From a virus (taxonomy: Duplodnaviria; Caudoviricetes): a DNA stretch of 26,501 nucleotides. The stretch lies in IMG/VR virus record IMGVR_UViG_3300020043_004612, positions 1 through 26,501 of that record; one strand, 5' to 3'. How positions within the stretch are numbered: the first letter of the stretch is position 1; every line of letters starts with the position of its first letter. This document shows, piece after piece, positions 7,899 through 15,722 of this stretch. Under the pieces are notes generated by a model, which did no database searches, was not told where the DNA came from, and saw nothing but the letters and a program-made list of their open reading frames with translations. Made by a program: the position numbers and the translations under genes.

Positions 7899-9209
7899 CT
7901 AACCCACAACATATTGTCCGTAACTTGGATTGAGTTCAAAATACATTCGCATCATAATAGCATCGGCAACGTCGGGAGAAATACCTTCGCGGTTCTTGAT
8001 AACGTCCTTCGGAGTTACCTGCAACTTACCGTCCACATCTGCGCGGTGTCGCTTAATCATTTCTAATTCACGAATGATTTGTTCTTTGCGCGTACTGGAT
8101 AAGATAGTGACTTTGTTTTCTTCAACGTATTGAGCGAGTTTGTAGTAACATTCGCTCTTTAAGTTTTGATATTGTGGGTGCTTTGGTTTAGATCCGTTCT
8201 GAAATCCTAAGCACTTCAAAAAGTCACAGACTCCTCCGCCCACCCCATCTTCATCCGCGATGATGTTTTGAAGTAGTATGTTGTGTTCTTTGGCTACAAC
8301 GCGTATCTTGTTCACGACTTCGTCTAACGCTGCTCTATTCAACTCAATTATATCAATGATAGTTAGACCTTCCCAAACGATTATAATCGTTCTATCCTTT
8401 CCAAATCGCGCAATGTCGGCTGTGATATACTTCTTGCCTTCATTGATTACTTCGTTGCGGAACATTCGAAGAAGATTCTCCGTGTTGAATAGTTTGTCGC
8501 TGTCGTCGTCGAACTCCCAGTTGCCTTCTAAAAGTCTTTTGCGGTCGTATTCGGGAAGTCTTCGCAACGATTCAATGTAAGCAACAGGAAGGAACGGATT
8601 GTCTTGTGGTAACGCTTGAACAAAAGCACGGTGTGAAGGTAGTTCGTTTCGGTTTGCTTTGATATAAAATTCATTGTACAACCAACCCTTCGATGGATTG
8701 CACGATAAGAAACCTTTCGGAATTAACCCGAACTCGTTCAACTTATAACGGCAACGAGAGTGAACTATGTTCACAGCTTTCTCTGTTACCTCTGCTACCT
8801 CGTCTATAAAATAATCGGTAATTTCCAACGATCCAAGTGAATCGAAGTTCGGATTTGAAGGATAAGCGAACAGGTCTTTCAATACAATTTCGCTTCCGTT
8901 GAAGAACTTAATTACATTCGTTTGTCCGTTGTAGGTGTAGTGTTTATCTGCAACCAAACCAAACTCACGCGCTGTTTCGAAAAAGGTGTTGAGCGTCGTC
9001 TTTTTCAGCGTATCTAATTTGCTTCGTCCAATAAGCGAACGCGTTCCAGCGTACTTTAAACGTCGTTGTATTTGCCACATACAACCGAACTTCGTCTTCC
9101 CACCACCTGCCGCGCCACCGTATAACAATTGCTCAACTTCACAATCGGTCGCAAGGTAGTTCAACGCTTCTATTTGACGCGGCAGGTATTCGGGTTTATA
9201 TGGTTTCAT
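7899..9209 (-). CDS. terL: Terminase large subunit
   Basis: Walker A LYGGAAGGGKT, Walker B YFIDE, coupling motif SCNP, RNase H-like nuclease ADIARFGKD and SPDVADA. Confidence 0.95.
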   Translation of the reverse strand: MKPYKPEYLPRQIEALNYLATDCEVEQLLYGGAAGGGKTKFGCMWQIQRRLKYAGTRSLIGRSKLDTLKKTTLNTFFETAREFGLVADKHYTYNGQTNVIKFFNGSEIVLKDLFAYPSNPNFDSLGSLEITDYFIDEVAEVTEKAVNIVHSRCRYKLNEFGLIPKGFLSCNPSKGWLYNEFYIKANRNELPSHRAFVQALPQDNPFLPVAYIESLRRLPEYDRKRLLEGNWEFDDDSDKLFNTENLLRMFRNEVINEGKKYITADIARFGKDRTIIIVWEGLTIIDIIELNRAALDEVVNKIRVVAKEHNILLQNIIADEDGVGGGVCDFLKCLGFQNGSKPKHPQYQNLKSECYYKLAQYVEENKVTILSSTRKEQIIRELEMIKRHRADVDGKLQVTPKDVIKNREGISPDVADAIMMRMYFELNPSYGQYVVG

Positions 9210-9372
9210 CTATTCTAATCATTGCGTAAGACTGCGGAATTTGTGCAATTATTTTATCTCCGATTAAGCACCACCAATATGAATCGTTGACCGAACCATA
9301 TTCTTCGATTTTATCACAAATAACAATGTGCGCTTCGCCTGTTACAGGATGAATGAATTTGTACTTTCTCAT
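9196..9372 (-). CDS. Hypothetical protein, 58 aa (not in the ORF track)
   Basis: MRKYKFIHPVTGEAHIVICDKIEEYGSVNDSYWWCLIGDKIIAQIPQSYAMIRIDETI; TAATG coupling upstream and overlaps the terL start. Confidence 0.65.
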   Translation of the reverse strand: MRKYKFIHPVTGEAHIVICDKIEEYGSVNDSYWWCLIGDKIIAQIPQSYAMIRIDETI

Positions 9373-9722
9373 TAAAATAAACTTAATTGAGGTTCACTAA
9401 CTATTACTTTTTTCGGTTCTACAACTTCACCAATTGCCATTAACAATCCGTCAAAACGTCCATTGAAGTTTCCTAATTGAAGTGCTTGTGTCAATTCGAA
9501 CTTTGCCAGTTCACTTGCTTCTTTTGCAGTTGAACAAACGTCTTCTTCGTACCAACCAATGGGAGTACAAATGGTTACGTTTGATCCGTGTATAGTCCAC
9601 GAGTATTTCCAACCATACTTATTTTTGGCAACATCATAAGAAGCGAAAATTCCGTCGGCTTTGTAATACATTCCGTCTGGATTTTCACAATGCCATTTTT
9701 CGTTCCAATTATACTTACTCAT
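9372..9722 (-). CDS. Hypothetical protein with C-terminal QLSLF (beta-clamp-binding consensus)
   Basis: 116 aa, coupled at both ends, ends EPQLSLF. Confidence 0.65.
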   Translation of the reverse strand: MSKYNWNEKWHCENPDGMYYKADGIFASYDVAKNKYGWKYSWTIHGSNVTICTPIGWYEEDVCSTAKEASELAKFELTQALQLGNFNGRFDGLLMAIGEVVEPKKVIVSEPQLSLF

Positions 9723-10474
9723 TGCTTCGACAAATAAAGTTTGTAAAGTTCACGCAACCCTTCGAACTGAATTGATTCTTTAACAAGCATACGCTTTCTA
9801 TCACTCATTCGGTCAACCATTGGTTTATTCAACTTCTGTTCATTAAAGACCGTTGCTCTTGCCTTCGCTTTACATCTTTGATATTCTTCTTCTGTGAATG
9901 TTTCAAGCGTTATACGCTTACTTTCTTCCAACCACCGCATCATTGACACACCTCGCAATTCTAACGTCGTCATTTTGCCTTGTTTGAAGCTGTCAATATC
10001 TTCCTTCAACATTCGTCTCCAGCTATCGTCATTCACCGCCATTTCGTTTTCTTTTATTAGTTCTGCTTTTTCCTCAATTGATTGCGCTATTTCACGCTGT
10101 ATTTGTAGATTCGCCTTATCTCTGTGTGGTTTGTAGTGAGTAAGCACGTCACCAATAAATGAAACGCTTAACGCTCCGAAGTGTTCGGTTTTCTTTGACA
10201 GTTCATTCGCCGCGTTTAGTTCAAATGCAAGGTTGAAGTGTTCAAACGTAACCCAACGAAAGTGTTTACCTATGAACTCATGCAACATTTGCAACAGTTG
10301 CGCTTCTGGTAACGCTATTCCGTACATCGCGCACACCTTCGAGCATAACTTAACGAATGTCGGAAGGTCGTAGTCGGCTACAAATGCGCTTTCTCTTTCC
10401 GCACGATCAACCCTTTGTGTAATTGTGAGCGTCGTTGTAGATGCGTTGCGCAGCATCGGAGTCGAATTTTCCAT
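9719..10474 (-). CDS. Putative helicase loader-like replication protein
   Basis: Directly downstream of the initiator-like gene; helical; F..AFEL and S..FIGDVL..Y motifs. Function inferred from position. Confidence 0.45.
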   Translation of the reverse strand: MENSTPMLRNASTTTLTITQRVDRAERESAFVADYDLPTFVKLCSKVCAMYGIALPEAQLLQMLHEFIGKHFRWVTFEHFNLAFELNAANELSKKTEHFGALSVSFIGDVLTHYKPHRDKANLQIQREIAQSIEEKAELIKENEMAVNDDSWRRMLKEDIDSFKQGKMTTLELRGVSMMRWLEESKRITLETFTEEEYQRCKAKARATVFNEQKLNKPMVDRMSDRKRMLVKESIQFEGLRELYKLYLSKQ

Positions 10475-10829
10475 TTTTGATTTTTGTTTGTTGGTTTGTA
10501 GTTACAAAGGTAGATAAGTCCCATTTACGAACGGCAGCCTTCCAGTCTTTCATTGGATTCCTTCCCACCTTCCAACCATTAGCCTCGTAGTGCGCGTGGA
10601 ATTTCTCGGTGAATTTAAGCGCGTCGTCGTTGCTTAATTTCTCGCAAGCGTATTCATAGATTTCAACAACCGTTGGTTTGACGAACGCAGTCTTCTTTTC
10701 TTTTACAGGTGCTGGAAGGTTAGCCTGTGGAACGGATAAGCGAATAAGAATGTCGTTTATCTTTTGCTCCTGTTCCTTAACCTGCGCTTCGAGTATTTCA
10801 ACTCTTCTTTTTAATTGTAGTATTAGCAT
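10407..10829 (-). CDS. Replication initiator-like protein (C-terminal domain type)
   Basis: FVKPTV.EI..Y, F..HYEANGWKVG.NPMKDWKAAVR.W motif common in Bacteroidota phage initiators; N-terminal coiled coil. Confidence 0.7.
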   Translation of the reverse strand: MLILQLKRRVEILEAQVKEQEQKINDILIRLSVPQANLPAPVKEKKTAFVKPTVVEIYEYACEKLSNDDALKFTEKFHAHYEANGWKVGRNPMKDWKAAVRKWDLSTFVTTNQQTKIKNGKFDSDAAQRIYNDAHNYTKG

Positions 10830-11029
10830 TATATTTTCTCCTCTCTGATTTCGATTTTGAATAAGTCTTTTAGTATTTCAATTTCGTGATCCTTGAAATT
10901 GGTTATTCCGTTTTCGCGAAGGCAATAATTCGATTGCTCGATGCCTAACTTATACGCGAGGTATTCCTGTTTGTAACCATAGAACAGACGGTAACATTTG
11001 ATTGATTTGTGAAATGGTATCATTCCCAA
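10829..11029 (-). CDS. XRE-family helix-turn-helix protein
   Basis: R...GYKQEYLAYKLGIEQSNY..RENG HTH_3 pattern. Confidence 0.8.
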   Translation of the reverse strand: MGMIPFHKSIKCYRLFYGYKQEYLAYKLGIEQSNYCLRENGITNFKDHEIEILKDLFKIEIREEKI

Positions 11030-11214
11030 CCCTCCCCTTTGTAATCGTCAGCGTCTTCTTCGCGTGTGCATTCGTAACAAAGACCTATTTCGTCTTCGAA
11101 TAGTTCCTGCACGTCGCTGTCGTCCCAGTCACGATATTTTCTGTTGGTGTGTTTGATGTCTGCAATTCGTTCTTCGATTGCTTCGCTGTCGCAATAACGG
11201 CAATAGTCGCTCAT
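11020..11214 (-). CDS. Small acidic protein with two CxxC motifs (possible zinc binding)
   Basis: CRYC and CYEC. Confidence 0.6.
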   Translation of the reverse strand: MSDYCRYCDSEAIEERIADIKHTNRKYRDWDDSDVQELFEDEIGLCYECTREEDADDYKGEGWE

Positions 11215-11741
11215 TTCTTTAATTGTTTTTTTAGTTTGATTTCTTTTTGGTGTTCTAAATGCTCCACAAATTTAGTAAAAAATTTCATTGGTTTAGCATA
11301 GCCGATTTCATTTAATAAATAACAGATTCTTTCAACGTCTTGTCGATAGTTTCTATCACACTCAATCTGCCAACTAACCTGCTTAATTCCGTGAAGAACT
11401 GTCGCGTGGTCTTTTGCGTAATGCTCTCCAATGTGCGAAAGGCTGAGCATATAGCAAGGACGTACAATGAAGAATATAATTTGTCTTGCATTTACTATCT
11501 CGCGCTTACGCGTCTTGTTGTAAAGCATTTGAGAAGGTATTCCCAATACTGAACAGGTAACGTCTTCGAGCGCACTCCAGAACATTTCCTTTTCATTGTC
11601 CAATTCCTGCTGTTGTTTGATTTGTTCACTCGTTAAACGCTCATAACGTGGTGTTATCATTGTCCACAAAGTCTCGAATCGTTCAAGGTATCGAAAGGGA
11701 ATCATATCCACAATCTCTTGTCTAATTTGCTCGTTAGTCAT
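11211..11741 (-). CDS. Protein with DnaA C-terminal (domain IV) DNA-binding domain
   Basis: TRKREIVNARQI.F...SLSHIG..Y.KDHATVLHG..V matches the DnaA domain IV signature; no AAA+ domain. Confidence 0.85.
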   Translation of the reverse strand: MTNEQIRQEIVDMIPFRYLERFETLWTMITPRYERLTSEQIKQQQELDNEKEMFWSALEDVTCSVLGIPSQMLYNKTRKREIVNARQIIFFIVRPCYMLSLSHIGEHYAKDHATVLHGIKQVSWQIECDRNYRQDVERICYLLNEIGYAKPMKFFTKFVEHLEHQKEIKLKKQLKK

Positions 11742-11973
11742 TTTCTTCGTTGATTAAAATTGTGGGTGTAAATGTGCTGAATACTTCTTCGCGTGAAAGT
11801 CCTGTGTGAAGGCAAATGTTGTTGAAGTCTTTAATTCTCATTCGCTCTGGATGTGCAACGTAAAGTCGTGCGGTTGGATCACTGATTCGAAGAACGTTCT
11901 TGAAGTTGTTCATCGTCTTGAATTGACTTTTGACAAGTCGTCCGAATGGTGTTGAATAGATTTGTTTGTTCAT
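11734..11973 (-). CDS. Putative HTH protein
   Basis: F.NVLRISDPTARLYV..P..M.I.DF..IC..TG.S XRE-like pattern. Confidence 0.55.
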   Translation of the reverse strand: MNKQIYSTPFGRLVKSQFKTMNNFKNVLRISDPTARLYVAHPERMRIKDFNNICLHTGLSREEVFSTFTPTILINEEND

Positions 11974-12263
11974 TTCTTTAATAGTGGTTTAATCAACTGC
12001 GCTTTCTTCTTATTTTCTTCGTGGTTTGTTCCGCGTAGTTCTGGATTGCGTTCCTTAACTAAACGCGCTATGCGTGTGATGTTGTCCGCTGTGGTGTACT
12101 TTCCGCTTTCATACATCGCGAAGAAGTTGCTTGTGATGTCTTTGCGCTCTGCAAATTGGTCTTGCCATATCTTCACACATAACGCTTTGTTATTGTTGCG
12201 GTATTTCTTTGCTTGTTTGAGTAGTTTCTCAACACGCTTTTCAAGTGATACTAATTTTTTCAT
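11970..12263 (-). CDS. Hypothetical basic protein
   Basis: 97 aa; R.N.K.L...IW and I.R..R...E..PELRG motif seen in phage hypothetical proteins. Confidence 0.7.
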   Translation of the reverse strand: MKKLVSLEKRVEKLLKQAKKYRNNNKALCVKIWQDQFAERKDITSNFFAMYESGKYTTADNITRIARLVKERNPELRGTNHEENKKKAQLIKPLLKK

Positions 12264-12290
12264 TGTATTGATTTTGATTCATTAAGTGTA

Positions 12291-12327
12291 ATAAAAGGGC
12301 ATTATGTCTGAGATAACACCCTTTTAT
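12291..12327 (-). terminator. Hairpin/terminator downstream of the SSB-like gene
   Basis: On the minus strand ATAAAAGGGTGTTAT pairs with ATAATGCCCTTTTAT, including G-U pairs. Confidence 0.65.
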
Positions 12328-12341
12328 AACACATTATTCAT

Positions 12342-13127
12342 TTAGAATGGCAATTCGTCTTCGTCGTCTTGTGTTGGTTTAACTAACCCGCTTTGTTCGA
12401 GCATTGCCTTCGCTTTATTCATTTGATCCGCAGAGCGTTCTAAACGTTTGCTAAATTCAGCCGAAGAACTAACTTTGTTTTGAAGCCACTCTGGAAGCAT
12501 CTTAAAACGCAAGTCGAAGTCTTCGCTGTCGTAGTCTAAAAGAAACGCTGCGTTCACTTGTGGTGGACAAACCATTCCTTTCGCAAGTGGTGAAGCTCCT
12601 TTCAAGTCTGCATAGGTACGTCCTGTGTTCGCGGTGCGGTGCATTACGCTCACCATTGCTTCTTTACCTAACAAAGTACCGATGTCGAATTTGTTTGCTT
12701 CAGCGTCGCTCATTGCCTTACCTAACCAAGATTGAACGAAGGCTCTTAGTCCGCTTTTCTCGTGCATTGAAAGAGTAAAGTCGCGACCGATTGAGAATGG
12801 TTGTTCACCTTTTCCGAAGTCAGCAGTTTCGAGAGGTAGTTCGAATACTAAGCGAACTTTGTTCACCAATTTTTCTTCGCCTTGATAGGTGTCGACAATT
12901 GTTCCGATGTGGATGATTTGGTAGCAACGCGCTACGTGTGTTCCTGCAGGGACTGTCTGTCCTCCTCCTCCGTTGTTTGTTTGTTGTGCGATAATGCTCA
13001 TTGTGTTGTTATTTTGTTGATTTATATAAGATTCAAATTTGTTTGCGAGTTTCGCTTCTTCGTTTTGCCAGAACCATTCGTTGGCTGACATTTGTTCTTC
13101 CTCGCTTATTCGCTTGTAATAACCCAT
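12342..13127 (-). CDS. Phage single-stranded DNA-binding/replication organizer-like protein; probable main start at 13001
   Basis: PAGTHVARCYQII.IGT, SMHEKS.LR.F..SW.GK, LLGK..MVSV.H, acidic C-terminal tail DDEDELPF typical of SSBs. Confidence 0.7.
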   Translation of the reverse strand: MGYYKRISEEEQMSANEWFWQNEEAKLANKFESYINQQNNNTMSIIAQQTNNGGGGQTVPAGTHVARCYQIIHIGTIVDTYQGEEKLVNKVRLVFELPLETADFGKGEQPFSIGRDFTLSMHEKSGLRAFVQSWLGKAMSDAEANKFDIGTLLGKEAMVSVMHRTANTGRTYADLKGASPLAKGMVCPPQVNAAFLLDYDSEDFDLRFKMLPEWLQNKVSSSAEFSKRLERSADQMNKAKAMLEQSGLVKPTQDDEDELPF

Positions 13128-13128
13128 T

Positions 13129-13410
13129 TTAGATATGGTCTTGGAAAATTCTGTAATCGAACTCGAACGTTATTCCGTCACGCTTCAAACGGACGTAGTG
13201 CAGATCGTATTCGGGTTCATCACGTCGAAAGAAACGACCAAGAACATCGAACTCAAATACGTTGCCTTTTTCGTCTGTGAACTGGCGTCCTTCGTTTTCG
13301 TGAAACCAACCGTTGTCGTGTTCGTAGTTCTCTGCGATTACTTTGATTTCTTCATTCAGACGCTCGATGTCGTCCATTGAAAAGTGATAAGTGATTTTTG
13401 GATTGTACAT
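13129..13410 (-). CDS. Hypothetical acidic protein
   Basis: 93 aa with an A-rich leader. Confidence 0.7.
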   Translation of the reverse strand: MYNPKITYHFSMDDIERLNEEIKVIAENYEHDNGWFHENEGRQFTDEKGNVFEFDVLGRFFRRDEPEYDLHYVRLKRDGITFEFDYRIFQDHI

Positions 13411-13558
13411 TGATTTTGATTTTTAGTGGTTACAAATGTATTCAATTAAGTCGTCGTTCCAACGCAATTCTGAAATTTTTTGATGTTTTTCTATGTTCGC
13501 GCTTATCTCATTGTGCGTTAGGTTATACGCTGAGGCTGAAGAATAAACACAAATAAAA

Positions 13559-13783
13559 TTAGATTTCTTTTGGTGGGGCTGGTAATTCCTTCCAATGCGT
13601 TGTAACAATGTGCTTGAGTACTCGTTCAAGTTTGTCAATTCTAAAGGAGCAATACGCATCCCAATCCAATGTTCCATTTCTCTTATCACCCCAATAATTT
13701 TGGGCGATGATAAGAGCTTCTTGAATTTCATTGATGTCTTCTGGAAAGAGAAGTGGTGTTTTACATTTGTTTTCATTGTTCAT
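13559..13783 (-). CDS. Hypothetical protein
   Basis: 74 aa, leader AACCATAAATCAAATG, ends with a THW.ELP.PP motif (DUF551-like ending). Confidence 0.65.
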   Translation of the reverse strand: MNNENKCKTPLLFPEDINEIQEALIIAQNYWGDKRNGTLDWDAYCSFRIDKLERVLKHIVTTHWKELPAPPKEI

Positions 13784-13801
13784 TTGATTTATGGTTTTGA
13801 T

Positions 13802-14053
13802 TTAAATTTCTTTTGATTCAAGAACTGTTTGACGTGGTTCGAAACACACCGCTTTGTCAAATTCTTCTTTCGCGGCTTCGTAAGTTTTAAAGCAACCTAC
13901 ATAGCTTACGTCAATTTTTAACCAGTACAGAGTTTCGTTGTACTTTACTTCTTCGATTAATTCTACTTTCATTTTGTTTTGTTGTTTTGTGTTTAAAAAG
14001 TTATCGTTAATGTTTGCAAGGTCATTGCAGAAATTTTCTATAAATTGACTCAT
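13802..14053 (-). CDS. Hypothetical protein; alternative start at 13972
   Basis: 83 aa; internal ATG preceded by ACAAAACAACAAAACAAA leader. Confidence 0.6.
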   Translation of the reverse strand: MSQFIENFCNDLANINDNFLNTKQQNKMKVELIEEVKYNETLYWLKIDVSYVGCFKTYEAAKEEFDKAVCFEPRQTVLESKEI

Positions 14054-14163
14054 TTTGTTGTGTAATTTGGTTGTTGTTCTAATTGTCTTGTTTGTTCATC
14101 AATCGTTCCTGCGATTAACATTCCTGCGAATAGCATCGCGATAAAGAGTAGTGTTTTTTTCAT
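14050..14163 (-). CDS. Small membrane or secreted peptide, 37 aa (not in the ORF track)
   Basis: MKKTLLFIAMLFAGMLIAGTIDEQTRQLEQQPNYTTK; ATGA overlap with the next ORF. Confidence 0.65.
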   Translation of the reverse strand: MKKTLLFIAMLFAGMLIAGTIDEQTRQLEQQPNYTTK

Positions 14164-14177
14164 TTGATTATTTGGGT

Positions 14178-14369
14178 TTAGTGTGCTCTTTCGTAACGTG
14201 CGCAATTATCGTAAGCGGTTTCGCAATAGATTAATTTTTCATTTGTATTAAAATCAATCGCTCCTTGTGTTTCTCCGTATTCGTAAGATACACTTGTTGG
14301 TTTAATTCCTCTTGTTGCGCATTCTGCGTTGAAGATTTCGATGTTGTTGAAGTAGGTGTGTGTGTACAT
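14178..14369 (-). CDS. Hypothetical early protein
   Basis: 63 aa with an A-rich leader. Confidence 0.65.
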   Translation of the reverse strand: MYTHTYFNNIEIFNAECATRGIKPTSVSYEYGETQGAIDFNTNEKLIYCETAYDNCARYERAH

Positions 14370-14439
14370 TTTGTTTTGTTTTTGATTATTTGGTTTTAGT
14401 TAATGCGCGTTGGTCAGCCGCGCCCCTGAGTTATTATTT

Positions 14440-14709
14440 TTAGAATTCGTATTCAGTTAAGAAGTCTACATACATACCAGCACAAATTTGTGTATGCTTT
14501 CCTTCTTTTGAAGTAATTATATATTTCTTTTGGCTTAATTGAGAAACATATCCTTTTACTTGTTCTTCAGTTAATGAATTTATGTGTCTCATTGCCTCGT
14601 CAAAGTATGTGAAATCACCACCATTTGCATCAGACGCAATACTGATTGCTTTTAATACTTCAATTTCGTTTGTGTTTAAATCTGTGTAAGTGTTCATTGT
14701 TGTTTTCAT
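14440..14709 (-). CDS. Putative winged-helix early protein
   Basis: LNTNEIEVLKAI...EEQVKGYVSQLSQKKYI pattern; first gene of the leftward operon. Confidence 0.55.
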   Translation of the reverse strand: MKTTMNTYTDLNTNEIEVLKAISIASDANGGDFTYFDEAMRHINSLTEEQVKGYVSQLSQKKYIITSKEGKHTQICAGMYVDFLTEYEF

Positions 14710-14715
14710 TTTGTT

Positions 14716-14723
14716 TATCTTTG
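14716..14723 (+). promoter_or_regulatory. Possible rightward Bacteroidota -7 promoter element
   Basis: TATCTTTG matches TAnnTTTG; TTG at 14697-14699 gives only a 16-nt spacer. Confidence 0.35.
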
Positions 14724-14744
14724 CTATTGTTGTTAATTGTTTTA

Positions 14745-14774
14745 CAAATATATGCTAAACTTTTGTGATAGCAA
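14745..14774 (-). promoter_or_regulatory. Bacteroidota primary-sigma promoter driving the leftward operon
   Basis: Minus strand TTG (14774-14772), 19-nt spacer, TATATTTG (14752-14745): the -33/-7 consensus, with A/T tracts upstream. Confidence 0.8.
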
Positions 14775-14820
14775 GAAAAAAAACAATCTTTTTTTATAAA
14801 AAATACTTAACTCATTGTAA

Positions 14821-15225
14821 ATGAACGTAAAAACTTTTAAGAAAACATATAAAAAAAGTAGCACGAAGCGTAAAATATCACCCGAAAGCGAAGCGAACCA
14901 ACAGGAAATAGTTATAAAATACCTTCGTTTAGCATATCCTAACGCGTTGTACTGCGCTTCTGCAGGTGGAATGAGGACAAGTTACTTACAAGCAATCAAG
15001 ATGAAACGTACAGGGTACGTCAAAGGATTTCCCGACTTATTTATTTACGAACCACGCGGAGAGTTTCACGGCTTAGCAATAGAGATGAAGAAAGAAAAGG
15101 GTGGTGTTGCTTCGCCAGAGCAAAAGGAATGGCAGGAACAATTAAGAAACAGAAACTATTGTTCTTATATTTGTAAAGGAAGTGAGGAAGCTATCAAAAG
15201 AATAGACGAATACTTTAATGTGTGA
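14821..15225 (+). CDS. VRR-NUC domain nuclease (PD-(D/E)xK, resolvase-like)
   Basis: SE...Q, G.VKGFPDL, L.IEMK..KGG..SPEQKEW. Confidence 0.9.
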   Translation: MNVKTFKKTYKKSSTKRKISPESEANQQEIVIKYLRLAYPNALYCASAGGMRTSYLQAIKMKRTGYVKGFPDLFIYEPRGEFHGLAIEMKKEKGGVASPEQKEWQEQLRNRNYCSYICKGSEEAIKRIDEYFNV

Positions 15226-15722
15226 AACTTGACCAATACATAGAAGGGCATTACAAGAAGTTCAAAGAACTTGCGAAAGGAATTGCGCGAGGTGAGGACT
15301 TCTATGAAGACTTGCTTCACGATTCTTTGCTGTCTATGTTTGGCTCGAAGCATATTGAGAAACTTATCGAAACAGGAGAATTCGAATTTTATCTCATTCG
15401 CGTTATGTATCTATCTGTTAACTCACCTAATAGTCCTTTCTATCGTCAAACGATTGCCTGGAACAGAAACAGACGCGACTTCAAAGAGTACGCGCACGAA
15501 GTGGACAAGACGTGGTTAGGCGCAAGAATGACAAACGAACAATTGGATATCTTGATAAGCCGTCTAACCGAGTTTGAACGCTTAATCTTCCAAGAGTACA
15601 TCTTCGAAGGTTTCACCTACAGAGAATTTTCAAAACAAACAGGAATACCAACTGTATTTTTATACAGGACAATTGATAGTATTAAACAAAAAATTAGAGC
15701 AAATGTTATTCGCAAAAAGTAA
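15222..15722 (+). CDS. Sigma-70/ECF-like transcription factor (probable late regulator)
   Basis: GTG start; region 2-like EDLLHD.LL and region 4 HTH LTEFERLIF..Y..EG.TYRE.SKQTGIP...Y.TI..IKQKI. Confidence 0.75.
   Translation: MKLDQYIEGHYKKFKELAKGIARGEDFYEDLLHDSLLSMFGSKHIEKLIETGEFEFYLIRVMYLSVNSPNSPFYRQTIAWNRNRRDFKEYAHEVDKTWLGARMTNEQLDILISRLTEFERLIFQEYIFEGFTYREFSKQTGIPTVFLYRTIDSIKQKIRANVIRKK

Noticed and set aside
11660-11712. DnaA-box-like 9-mers (TTGTCCACA, ATATCCACA) inside the DnaA domain gene
   Set aside because: Each has a mismatch and lies in coding sequence; no perfect or clustered boxes were seen, so chance is sufficient.
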